From NCBI RefSeq assembly GCF_006345805.1, contig NC_043013.1, forward strand, positions 20,460,001 to 20,524,000: 64,000 bases of DNA. The letters run 5' to 3'. A program made the position numbers and the translations under genes. Under the pieces are notes generated by a model. The model was not told the DNA's origin. It did not search any database and saw only the letters and a list, made by a program, of their open reading frames with translations. This document shows positions 40,968 through 54,054 of this stretch, piece by piece (within the stretch, counting starts at the first letter, position 1; every line of letters starts with the position of its first letter). Source of the DNA: Octopus sinensis (Eukaryota).

Positions 40968-41957
40968 GCAATTTCTTTATTACCCACTAGGGGCCAAACA
41001 TAGAATTGGACAAAACAACTGATGGGATCAGTGAAACGGTATGAGTTTACATATAATATGTTTTTAAACATTTCATACAATATATAAAATTCGAATGAAA
41101 TAAACACTACAAAACACAATACAAATGAAGCGTCGATCAGGTCACGCTCCGACCCCACAAGCCCCGATTTACCGCTGGTACCCTTTTTTTTTTTTTTTTT
41201 TTTACACCAGTCTATTCACACAGTTTCTTACACGCATAACACTCGTGCAACATGCTTCCATCTCTTTTGGAACGTACACTTCGACAGACACTTCTTCTCC
41301 AGCCACAGCTTCCTTTTCAAATGAAAAGAAAAAAGATCGTAAATTATGACCAGAGATAAATTTGCCTGTCTTAATTCCTTTTACCCTATTCTTCCATACT
41401 GCCTCTTTTGCTATTGTTACAACCGGGAGAAAGCAATTCTTACCTTCGTTCGTTAGAACTCCCGGTGTGGAGGCGCAGTGGCCCAGTGGTTAGGGCAGCG
41501 GACTCGCGGTCATAGGATCGCGGTTTCGATTCCCAGATCGGGCGTTGTGAGTGTTTATTGAGCGAAAACACCTAAAGCTCCACGAGGCTCCGGCAGGGGA
41601 TGGTGGTGATCCCTGCTGTACTCTTTCACCACAACTTTCTCTCACTCTTGCTTCCTGTTTCTGTTGTACCTGTATTTCAAGGGGCCGGCCTTGTCACTCT
41701 CTGTGTCATGCTGAATATCCCCGAGAACCACGTTAAGGGTACACGTGTCTGTGGAGTGCTCAGTCACTTACACGTTAATTTCACGAGCAGGCTGTTCCGT
41801 TGATTCGGATCAACCGGAACCCTCATCGTCGTAACCGACGGAGTGCTTCCACAGAACTCCCTGTGGGTCAATTTTTATAATTGACTCAGTCGACAGCTGT
41901 ACTCTTCCTTCGCCGGACACCAGGTGTTCAGCATAAGCCCACATTTCAGTTATCTCA
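40968..41957 (-). mobile_element. 5'-truncated Tx1/L1-like LINE (ORF2 C-terminus plus 3'UTR), split by a SINE
   Basis: After removing the SINE and one TSD copy, one frame reads EITEMWAYAEHLVSGEGRVQLSTESIIKIDPQGVLTNEGKNCFLPVVTIAKEAVWKNRVKGIKTGKFISGHNLRSFFSFHLKRKLWLEKKCLSKCTFQKRWKHVARVL. Confidence 0.8.
41464..41852 (+). mobile_element. tRNA-Arg(TCG)-like SINE family C, tail type 2, 9-bp TSD
   Basis: Same head and body as 11145; TSD AGAACTCCC at 41455-41463 and 41853-41861. Confidence 0.92.
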
Positions 41958-42324
41958 GCGTGGGCGAGGTTTGTACTGTTGTCCTCGTTGTGAGGAAAAA
42001 AGAAATATTATAGGTTTCCCGTTTTGGGGGATTCTATATTTTGTTATTGCGTGAAAAAAAATTTTCGACCGTTGCTACGTATCGATTTGAACTGTTGTAC
42101 TCGTTAAAAGAAAAAAAAAAGTAAAAAATTATAGGTTTCCCTTTTTCTGGGATTAAATTGTGTATCATTTATTTCGAACGAATATGTCGGTCGAAATAAT
42201 CCCAGAAACGAACCAGCGGCATGAGCCAGCAAAAAAGTTCGCGGCAGTAGCCGCTGTATCTTCTAAAAGTATTGTTATAGAAATGGAGAAGCTCTCCGAG
42301 CTTTTTGAGAGGATGAAAGAGGAG

Positions 42325-42780
42325 GGTGGGGATCTTTTAGGTTTGAACGGCAGTTTTTAACATAATTTCTAGGTAACTAAAAAATTTTAAACTTCGTATA
42401 CTGGTAGAATGTGTTTATAAAACATCTTTTTCTCTTGGCTTTATTGAGAAAATTCTATAGTTTTTTTGTTGTTTTTTTTCTTCAATTTCTGCAATTTCAA
42501 CCAATCAGTGACGTCTATTGAGTTAAAAAGCATTATGTTAATCAGCAATGACGTCAAACAATGGAATGAGTATCATCCATTATTAGGACAATGGTTTTCA
42601 TATCCGAATTTCGTTATAATTAACATAAGATTTTTAATTGAGAAATTAATTTTAGAATAATATTAAATGAATGGAACTGAATAAAGTGTAATCGAAGAAA
42701 GAACAACGAAAGAATCATTAAAAGTCCATGAAAATTAATTCTAAAATATCTTTAAAACTTCGTACTTGTGAAAGATTCTT
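42325..42780. mobile_element. Possible DNA-transposon-derived repeat truncating the upstream LINE
   Basis: Abrupt end of ORF1-like sequence; TTTAAACTTCGTA-like motif repeated (~42386, ~42751); family not determined. Confidence 0.3.
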
Positions 42781-42914
42781 TCAGTTTCTTTCCAAGGAAT
42801 TTACTTCTAATTCAATTCTAATCAATATAAAATCCTGGTTGCTATTTCTAGCAAGTCAACGGTTCCTCGACAGGCCGATGCATTGCTCTGTCTGTCTGGT
42901 TATAAACATTGATT

Positions 42915-43399
42915 CATTGAACTCAGAACGTAAAGACGGACAAAATGCCGCCAAACAGTTTTCCCGGTGTTCTGACAGTTCCGCTTTAGCAACAATAATG
43001 GCTTTAAGTTTTGGCACAGAGCCTGCAATTTTTTGGCCGAGGACTAGTCTATGATATCGACCCCAGTGCTAAACTGGTATTTATTTTATCGACGGAACTT
43101 GGACTGAAAAAGTGAAGACAGACGAAATGCTGCTAAACTGTTTGTTCTGTGTACTAACGACTCTATCTGCTCGCAGCCTTTCCCCTGGCCTAAATATTTC
43201 TTTCTACTAAAGGAGAAAGCCTGAAATTTTGGGAGAGAATACTAGTGGATTACATCGAATCCAGTGCAGAACTGACACTTGTATCATCGACCCCAAAAGA
43301 ATGACAAAGTCGGCGGAATTTGAACTCAAAACGTAAAGACGGACGAAATGCCGCTAAGCGTCTCTTTCGGCGTTCTAACGGTTTTGCCGGCTTGCCGCC
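42915..43399 (-). mobile_element. Three tandem SINE family B copies or fragments
   Basis: Repeated AAGACGGACGAAATGCCGCTAAG head segment; last copy flanked by CCTGGCCTAAAT / CCTGACCTAAAT. Confidence 0.85.
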
Positions 43400-43904
43400 T
43401 TTCCTGACCTAAATGATAAAAACAGAAAAATACTGATGACCAGCCCATAATTATTCTTTATATAAAATCGAGGTCTTGCATTGATACAAAAACAAAATCC
43501 GGTCTACTTTGTCTGTGAACCCGTGATGAATAAAACTGGCTTCACGCATCTCATTGTAGCATAAGATCCAGGCGAAAACAATTGGTGTTCACCAATCAGT
43601 AATCTAACTGCTTCATTGCTTCCACAGTTGTTCCTATTTTTAGTGATGCTGTCTTCGTCCGATATTGAGGAAGAATTTCACTGAAGAATTAATAAATGGT
43701 CTTTCCCCTGCAGCTTCATAGAAACTAATAGCTTCTTAAACAGGCACACACACTCACACATAAACTCACACAGGCACAAACACAAACACATACATCCACA
43801 CAGAATCGCTAACATCCACATACATGATAATGGATTAATGAACATGTGCGTGAATAAATTCACATTCACACATGAGTTAATCTATCTATCTTTCTATATG
43901 TTTG

Positions 43905-43958
<54 letters not shown>

Positions 43959-43959
43959 C

Positions 43960-43998
<39 letters not shown>

Positions 43999-44083
43999 GT
44001 CTATCTATTTACCTCACTCTCACTCTCTTTCTCTCTCTATTTACCACTCTCTCTCTATTTATACACACACACACATATATATG

Positions 44084-44425
44084 TATTCTTTGTAAGCCTA
44101 GTACTTATTATATGAGTCCCCTTTGCCGAACCGCTAAGTTACGGGGACGTAAACACACCAGCATTGGTTGTCAAGCGATGTTAGGGGCACAAACTCAGAC
44201 ACACAAACATGTGCACTCACACATACAAACACACACACAAACACACACACACACACACACAAACACATACATTCATATATACGACGGGATTCATTCGGTT
44301 TCCGTCTATCAAATCCACTCACAAGGCTATAGTAGAAGACACGTTCCCAAGATGCTACGCAGTGGGACAGAATCCGGAACCATGTGACTGGTAAGCCATT
44401 TACCACACAGCCACTCCTGCGCCTA
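44084..44425 (-). mobile_element. SINE family A, 3'-truncated
   Basis: Homology to 3887-4304. Confidence 0.9.
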
Positions 44426-44470
44426 TATATTTATATATACATATATGCGTACATGCAAACATACATAATA

Positions 44471-44512
<42 letters not shown>

Positions 44513-44553
44513 ATATATTGAAAACTTCGGTTAGTAGTTAATACTGGGGAAAA

Positions 44554-44765
44554 AGGCGGCAATCTGGTAGAATCGTTATTACGCCAGGAAAAATGCTTAG
44601 CGGTATTTTTGCCCGTCTTTACGTCTTTTGTTCAAACTCCGCCGAGGCTGGCTTTGCCTTTCATCCTTTCGAAGGCGATAAAGTAAGTTCCAGTTGAAAA
44701 CTGGGTCGGTGTATTCGACTCACACCTTCTCAAGTAAGTGATGGTCTTGTGCCAAAATATGAAAT
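44554..44765 (+). mobile_element. SINE family B
   Basis: Head, Nin-like domain and tail CTTGTGCCAAAATATGAAA. Confidence 0.85.
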
Positions 44766-44872
44766 TATTAATTTAGTCTGTGAAATTATTGGGATTCAAA
44801 GATTGAAATGAGGTCAGGCAAGAAGAATAATCTGGGGAATTGCGTTTCAGTTCGGGAAACTACACACACACA

Positions 44873-44914
<42 letters not shown>

Positions 44915-44989
44915 TACATCCAGATAGTTCTCTCATGCATACACTCATATATATGTATGTATGTATATATATATATGTATGTATATATG

Positions 44990-45057
<68 letters not shown>

Positions 45058-45413
45058 ATATATGTATATGTATGTATGTATATATATGTATGTTTATGTA
45101 TGTATGTATGTGTATGTATGTATATATATGTATGTGTATGTATGTATATATATGTATGTGTATGTATGTATGTATGTGTATATATATATATATGTATGTA
45201 TATATATATGTATATATGTATGTATATATGTATGTATATATATATGTATATATATATGTATATGTATATATATATATGTATATATGTATGTATATATATA
45301 TGTTTGTATATATATATATATGTATATATATATAACAATAATAAATCTCTGAGCGAGGTATAAACAGTAACTGCTCTATAATATAAGCGGGATCAGCCAT
45401 CTGAATGTGGCTA

Positions 45414-45627
45414 GGGACAGGGCGGGGTGGTGGTGGTGTTACTGATGCATTTAGCCCCAGGCGACTATCGACGTCACCAGAAGAGCCGACACCATCACGG
45501 TGCCCTTGCTATGATCTCCCTTTGCAGGCTAGCAAGAACACCGTGATGGTGTCGGCTCTTCTGGTGACGTCGATAGTCACTGGAGCTAAATGCATCAGTA
45601 ACACCCCCCACCACCCCTGCCTGTCCC
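45414..45627. mobile_element. GC-rich hairpin MITE flanked by TA
   Basis: ~98-bp arms (45414-45511 / 45530-45627), 18-nt loop, TA at 45412-45413 and 45628-45629. Confidence 0.88.
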
Positions 45628-45800
45628 TAATATTTATATGTATGTATATTATTATAATATATATGTATATATATATATATATATATATTTATATGTATGT
45701 ATATTTATATATATATGTATTTATATGTATGTATATATATATATATATAATATATTATATATATATATATAATGTATATATATATATATATACATATATG

Positions 45801-45833
<33 letters not shown>

Positions 45834-45860
45834 CTATACACACATATGTATATGTATATA

Positions 45861-46080
45861 TGTGTGTGTGTCATTGTGTCTGTTTGTCTCCCACCACCAC
45901 TTGGAAACTGGTGTTGATGTGTTTACGTACCAATACCCTACCTGTTCAGCAAAACTGACTGAAAAAATAAGTACCAGGCTTTTAAAAATGAATAAGAATC
46001 GGGGTCGATATATTCCACTAAAAACTTTTAAAGGCGGTGCCTCAGCATGGCTGCAGTCTAATGATTGAAGCAAGTAGAAT
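45861..46080 (+). mobile_element. SINE family A, 3' half, diverged; other partial + copies at 47467-47622, 55829-55916, 59146-59215, 60275-60385
   Basis: GGCGGTGCCTCAGCATGGCTGCAGTCTAATGATTGAAGCAAGTA matches the family tail. Confidence 0.8.
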
Positions 46081-48232
46081 ATAAAAAGTAAAAGAAAGAT
46101 GAATCCACCAAACAAGTGGATTTCTTCAAATGAAACATGGCTATTGAAGCAAGTGTATTTATTCCATTGAAGGTTTAGTCTGTTTATACAGTTCTTCTTC
46201 TGAAAACAAGAACCTAACAATACAAGACTCCTACACATGGACAACAATAGATAAAGTAGAATAAAAGAGAAATAGAAAATTAATCAGTTAGCAGGGCCGG
46301 CTCTAAGAACGAACACACACATAGAAACACATAAGCACACACACACATACGCACACTCAAACACAGGCACAGGTATATATATATATATATATATATATAT
46401 CACACACACACACACACATATATATATATACACCTATATGCATATGCATATACATATACGTTTACATCTACATACATACATACAGACAGGCAGATAGACA
46501 GATACACACATAAAGAGATAGATAGATAAATAGATAGGTAGATAGATAGATAGAAAGATAGATAGATAGTCTGGAATTTTGATTGTCATTTAAATCAAAA
46601 TGAAATTGCTTGGAGTAAAACAGAAAAATAATTAAATAGACAAAACCACTTCCTTGATGACATCCATTGAAACAAATATCTAAATATCACTTTAAAAGTG
46701 TGTTTTTGTTTCGTGTTTTTCTTTCTGTGTATTATTTGTAAACATTTTGTACTTTGAAATGCATTTTTGTGATGGTGCTTACGGTTGTAATGACAACGTT
46801 GAAGGCAAAGAATAACATCAAACATTGTTTGCAGATATTTCTATAGAAAACTGCAATTCGATCCAAATGGCTATTGAGATAGATATTTTTGGTAACGTAG
46901 GAGTTAGTGGCCTGTTGTTGTAGTATTGTTGTTGTTGTTGGTGGTAGTAGTGGAAGTATTAGTAGAGGTAATGAGGGAAGATGTGGTGGCACAGAATGCT
47001 GCAAAAGGAGTAATGGTGACGAAGCAGAAAACGTAGACGATGAACGAGTTGGGGTAGTAGTGAGGAAGAAGGGAGCGGTGGTGGTGAGGAAAGGAGCGAT
47101 GTTGCTGGAGATAGTAAGGAATAAAGATTAATAATAAAGCTACATTACTACAAATACACACATATAGATTGTTGCATGATGATAGCAAGGTAACTATTTA
47201 TGCAGATAACATTTTTTTTAATAGATTATGATTGATAGGTTGAATTATTGACATTTCAAATGTGGGCTTTTGCTAAAAGTGGACAACTAAAATGGCTACC
47301 ATCACGTGCTTAGCCAGGCGAGACATTAACAAAATGGACGCCAGTATGTATTTCTGATCGATAGCGTGATGTAATCCACATTTCGCCGATGACTATATTA
47401 AGCAGTTAAAAGGATTTTGTGTGTAACATGGGCAAATGGTGTGAGGATTGTTGAATAATAGAATGGAGGGGAGAAATGGCTTGGTGATTAAGACATTGGC
47501 TTTGTAAGTAGATGGTTGCAGGTTGATCCCGTAGCACGACACCGTTTGAGAATTGTCTTCTATGAGAGGATCACGAGTAAGCGGATTGTTGGTAAATGAA
47601 AAAAATAAGAGAAAGTCTTTCGAATATATACAGATATGTACATATGCATATACATACATCCATACATATATAAAAATATACATATGCTTGTATGCATGTA
47701 TGCATATATATTTATACATATAGAGAGAGAGAGAGGGAGAGAGGGAGAGATAAATAGATATTTATATATTTATATAGTTATGTATATATACACATATATA
47801 CATGCGAATGCTTATACACACACGCACATATATATATATATATATATATATGTATGCACAAGTACACACACATCCAGACATCCACGCACACACACATGTG
47901 TATATATGCCTTTTATATATATGCATATATTTGTATACACACATACTTATGCATATATCTATATATTAATACATATTTATATATGTATAATTATACCTAT
48001 TCATATGTGGGTGGGTGTCAATAAAAAACTTATAGAAGCACATACCGATGTACATAAGTATATTGCAGAAAACCTACAGGGGGATAAGTAATACAAACTA
48101 ATGGTCTTGATCACACCTGACCTGGGACTAAACAACAGCAGAACCAAAATAAACTCGCAAAATTTATCTGAAAGAAGAATAACTTTTGGTTTGTATAGCA
48201 TTTAGATACACACACACACACACATATACTGC

Positions 48233-48294
<62 letters not shown>

Positions 48295-48311
48295 ATATAT
48301 ATATATATAGT

Positions 48312-48350
<39 letters not shown>

Positions 48351-48365
48351 ATATATATATATAGG

Positions 48366-48405
<40 letters not shown>

Positions 48406-49349
48406 GTATATATATAAATGTATAGGTATTCTTGCACATATATATGTATGTATACAAATATATATATACGTATATATATATATGCATGCATAGGTATTCT
48501 TGCAAATATATATGTATGTGCATAGATACATACATAGATACATATATGCACACAAAAATACATACATATATGCATATTTATACATATGTACATACATACA
48601 TACATACATACATACATACATACATACATGCATACATATATGCATGTGTATTTATTCACGTGCACACACACTTATATGCAAAACCACTATGGCTGGCCTT
48701 TAGCAAACACAAAAATTGATAGATCAAATTTGTTGTTGCCACACTTTATTACGAATGCTTACGTTTGAAAGTCGAAACGTCATCAGTGTCAGGTGTACCT
48801 TTTATCCTTACGGGGGAGCGATAAAATGAACCCATTTCAAAAATACCTGTGTTGCTGTAATATCTTCAACATTCTCCCATGTGGCGGTTGATACAATCGG
48901 CAAATGTGTGTGCTCCAGTTCTAGAAATCAATATATATTAAGTAATATATTTAATTCTGCAGCTACCAGATAAAAATCAGGTAAGATTGTTATTGCTTTG
49001 ATCAGATTAGATGTCAATCCTGCCAAAGGCGATAACAGGAAAAATTGCCAATTATACCGACAAGTATTCTTTAGCGAGAAATCTTCCAATCTATACGGTG
49101 TTTTGATATTAAACAAAGTTAACTATATCATTGCTATATATACACATATATTTTTAAATTTGTGTTCCTATAATTTTATAAGAGACGTGTCTCAGCAACA
49201 CAATAGGTATTCAACGACATTAGCTTCCGGCTATTATACATATCAATTTTAGTGCTAAATTAAAAAGAAACTAAAGTTTATACACATACACTGTATATTA
49301 ACATAGCTAAAACATACAATGAATGCATATATATATAAATATATATATA

Positions 49350-49395
<46 letters not shown>

Positions 49396-49714
49396 TTATA
49401 TATATATATATATACTTATATATATATATTATCTGCGTGTGTATATGTATAGAGATATAAACTATATAATATATATATATATATATATGTGTGCGTATAT
49501 ATAATATTTATGTATATGTATATATTCATACCTATCTAACTCTTTCTCTCTCAATCTCTTTATATATATATATGTATAGATATAATATATGTATATATAC
49601 ATATATATGTAAATAAATATATATATATATATATCTATATATATAATATATAGTATATATATATATAATAATATATATATACATATATATGTATGTCTAT
49701 ACATATATATATAC

Positions 49715-49779
<65 letters not shown>

Positions 49780-49841
49780 TATTATTATAATATATATATA
49801 TATATAAAGAGATAGGGAGAGAAAGAGTTAGATAGGTATGA

Positions 49842-49908
<67 letters not shown>

Positions 49909-50198
49909 TATATATATAATATATTAATTTGTTATAATGGAATCGTCGTATGCTTTTATGTTCTTGTCGGCACTGTAATATTCGTGTCATTACTATTATG
50001 TCGTGGCGGTATTCCGCGTCTTATAATCTTTGACTCGCCTATCGGGATATCGCTGATAGCTCCGCAAAACAACGACTTTCAAACGTCTACCTTGACGGTA
50101 ACCTGATCTCGTATATATCACTGTCTGATTTTTTGTTGTTGACTCATACCACTTTGTCATGTGGGAAGTGGAGCGCCATTTCCCTACAATATATAAAA

Positions 50199-50235
<37 letters not shown>

Positions 50236-50403
50236 GTATTATATTACATACATATAAGAGGGTTGATCTGTAAGTGGACTTCCATTATGCTAGAAGAAGA
50301 TACGCTATGGTCATACCACTTAGAAAGGAAGGTTCTCACGAAAAGTTAGCAAATGCCAGAACGTAAGCAAGGAAGGCAAATGAAAAGTTACAAAATATAG
50401 ATT

Positions 50404-50477
50404 AATCACAAACCAGGTTTCGTTGTTAACGCTTACGTAATCATTTACGTAATTATCCGCAACTCATCAGTGTGATC
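50404..50477 (-). ncRNA. Minimal type I hammerhead ribozyme motif
   Basis: GAUCACA-CUGAUGA-GUUG[loop]CAAC-GAAA-CCUGG-UU-UGUGAUU: intact core, 7-bp stem I, 4-bp stem II, near-palindromic stem III; expression and activity unknown. Confidence 0.75.
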
Positions 50478-50624
50478 GTCTTTGCTACCCATAATTTGCA
50501 GAAATATACATGAGACGTCCGCATGAGATTGAACATGTATACACCTCTACATGTTGCCCCCAAAATAAATAAATAAAATAGACATTCTCACTCTTTCGAA
50601 GTTTACAAACACTTATTGCGTCAA

Positions 50625-50658
<34 letters not shown>

Positions 50659-50818
50659 GTCTGTCTGTCTGTCTATCAATCTGTGTATTTTCTATCTCAC
50701 CTCTTTATTGCTATAGATACAAATATGTAAATATATATTATGTGTATATATATGCATATATATATATATATATGTATATATATATGTATGGATATGTATA
50801 TATAATATATATAATATA

Positions 50819-50849
<31 letters not shown>

Positions 50850-51565
50850 TAGATAGATAGGTAGATAGATAGATAGATAGATAGATATATAGATAGATAG
50901 ATAGATAGATACATAGATACATAGATACATAGATATGAAGAGAGAGAAAGAGAAGGAGGGAGGAATTAAGAGATTGAGAAATAGAGAAGGTGAGAGAAGG
51001 TGCGGAAGAGCGAGAAAAAATATCAAAACTTATAAAGCATTTCTTTCCCGTTTTGGTCTGTAATTAGGAAGTTTACCATTAATGGGTATATTTGTGGCAA
51101 ACTTTTGGACTGATTCCCACAATGATAGGTTTCTAAATACAGAAACTGTTGTTATTTGGCATTAAAAGCAGCATTGAAGATAGTGGGGTCCTCTCTACTC
51201 CACTGGTACATATTGCTATACTGGTACATAGAGGTATATAAATATACTGACACATATGGCTGTACTGACAGACATACACTGACAAATAGAGATATGCCTA
51301 TACATACATTTATACCAATGCATACAGTTGTAATGAAACACACACATGTAGCTATATATTAATATATATGTAGATACGGTATTACCTATGGGTATATTGA
51401 TACACATTCATATATTTACGTTTAGAGATGCATCGTTCAATAAATATTGCCGTATTTTTAGCATGAGAAGCGACATCAGACACTATGGTGACACTTTTGC
51501 TTATGTCATTCACCAGTACAAAGAGAAAATGTTCTGTGTGTGTGTGTATGTGTGTCTATGCGTGC

Positions 51566-51596
<31 letters not shown>

Positions 51597-52649
51597 CTTA
51601 CTTTATATATACATATACATACATACATACATACATACATACATACATACATACATACATTATATATATATATATATATTATATTATATATAAATGCATA
51701 TATGTATATAAACTGCGTGTATGTATGTCAATGTATGTTTGTATGTGCATTTAAGTATATAATTATTTCAATGCTATATATATAACATTGAAATCATGAA
51801 ATTCTTTAAAACTGAAGATCAAAGATCACAAGCAACTATTTTAGAAACCCATCATTATTCCTGGTAATTTGTGAGAAAAATAACAGAAAAACAAAGAAAA
51901 TGGGGCAAAACTATGAAGTTATAATGTTTATTGAGAACAATGAGGTAATCTTCAACAGGTTTAATTACGTTCCTTAGGAATACTACAAATTAATACTACT
52001 CAAGAAAATTATTCCAAGATTCGAGGAAATTACTTTTATAATAATTATTCCTATTTCCAAAGATATTTTTATTAACGGAAGTTCCATACAAAATTCTATT
52101 GATTTGAATGTCACTTTATCAAACGGTTTATGGCGTTAATGATTTGGTTTTGATAAAGGAAGACCACAACAAACACCTCGTCATTGAAAGAAAATTGAAA
52201 ACATTTTTTTCATCAGTTATGTCTACATCATTATTGAGTTTGACGTCGGGTGTGTGTGTGACACAGCGCAACTCCTGAATTCTACTGGTAGCAAAGTCTA
52301 CCCATAACTATCGGAATTTTAATGACTTGTCGGGACGCGGTGTTTCGTTATGCAACCATGATATATTATAAAGTATATTAAACGTTTTTATAAGCCAATT
52401 ACGTGTTCTACTCTGTTGGCAGGGCGCATTACATCTCTTGTTAAGGCTATCTCTACAGATATTGTATACAACTTATAGCCAGCACTAATTTTTTTACGAC
52501 GTTTCGTATCTGAGACGTCAGATGTAAACAATCAAACAAACAAACAAACAAAAACGTCGTAAAAAATATATTTCTCTATAATATCTGATGAGCTAACCTT
52601 AACAAGTGACTCATTAATTTATCAGTGCTGCCACTGCCGCCACCACAAT

Positions 52650-52761
52650 ACTCTATCGATATCTTTTGCCGAACCACTATGTTATAGGGACGTAAACACA
52701 TCAACATCAGTTGTCAAGTAGTGGTGTGAAAAAAACCTCAGACACGAAACACATGCACACA

Positions 52762-52824
<63 letters not shown>

Positions 52825-52941
52825 GATGGGCTTCTTTCAGTTTCCGCTAATCAAATCCGCTTGCAAGGCTTTGGTCGACCTGAGGCTATGGTAGAAAACA
52901 CTTGCCCAACCCGTAACCATGTGGTTGGAAATCAAGCTTCT
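52650..52941 (-). mobile_element. SINE family A, diverged partial
   Basis: Homology to 3887-4304. Confidence 0.85.
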
Positions 52942-53914
52942 TTATTTCATTATATTTGCCATAAAGGCAGTACATAGAGTAAAGTTGCTTTGCGGGCTGG
53001 ACAAGGACATTAATGAAATGAATGATAATGAAACAAAGATGATAAGGATGGGAGAATACAAAAAGCGCCCGCCGACTTTTGCTTTTCTAAGACGTTGTTC
53101 TTTAAAACCAAACACAAAACGAGGTATTAAACTTTTTACAACTTTTACAACTTTTCAATTTTTGGACTTAACAGTCCATTACAATCAACAACATAGTTCA
53201 ATAATTACATATAATATATATAAATACTATACACAAAGCCCCTCCTCCCAGATCAGGCTGTAAGCTTCCCTTAGGCAATGTTCCAGCTCCAGGGCTGGGC
53301 CCCATAAGGTGTATCTAAGCATGTCCTTTGAGGAGGTGTTCACCACCCTGACCATAGCGACATCCGATATGACCTCCGTAGTCACCTGCGAAGGCCACTC
53401 CTCGTCCTCTGTCCAGTGCATGGGCTCCTCCCTCCGGTCCTCCAGCATCTCTACGTAGCACTGTATTGCCCCTGTCTTCTGGAAGAAGATGACAAAATCA
53501 TGTCTCCTGGGAGGGGCCGCTGTTTCCTTGTCGGTGGCACACAACCCACCGACTAAGTTTCCGGGCATGACGACAGTTCACCATCAAGAGCCGCGATGTC
53601 CCATTCTTTTTCTTTCTTCTTTTTCTCTTCCCCTTTACGAAGGGACGGGAGGGCAAGCTTCTTGCCACACAACCACACTTATCTCTATTTACATTTTGAC
53701 GATAAAATGTAATTATACTATATAAAGATTAGTAATGTTTCAAGTACATTGCAGTCATTGGTTCTATTTGGTGGACATATCCTATATTTGTTTATAATCT
53801 TAATGCTTTGTTTTTAAAATTTTTAGTCACCGATATCAGTCGTGAGGTATTAGCTGTTGTTTTTTTCCGAAATGGTACTCTCTTTCATTCTCTCTCCATC
53901 TCGCTGCATATATA

Positions 53915-54021
53915 TACGCATACATACATGCATACACACATACATACATACATATATACATACATACATGTATACATACATACATATATACATACATACA
54001 TACATACCTACATGCATACAC

Positions 54022-54054
<33 letters not shown>

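Larger units (their letters stand above)
40561..42310 (+). mobile_element. 5'UTR (with ~100-bp monomer repeats) and ORF1 start of a second Tx1/L1-type element, interrupted by later insertions
   Basis: Begins with the same ~40 nt as 38548; monomers with TTATAGGTTTCCC at ~40875, ~42008, ~42129; MSVEIIPE...KKFAAVAA...IEMEKLSEL resembles KRTYAGAT...INLANLPEC. Confidence 0.55.

Noticed and set aside
48755-48790. Minus-strand CTGATGA-CGTTT...AAACG
   Set aside because: GAAA missing after stem II; same problem at 29770-29792 and 58787-58810
52488-52600. Small inverted repeat with GAAACGTC and a nearby CTGATGAG
   Set aside because: The two core halves are on opposite strands or unlinked; no complete hammerhead can be drawn
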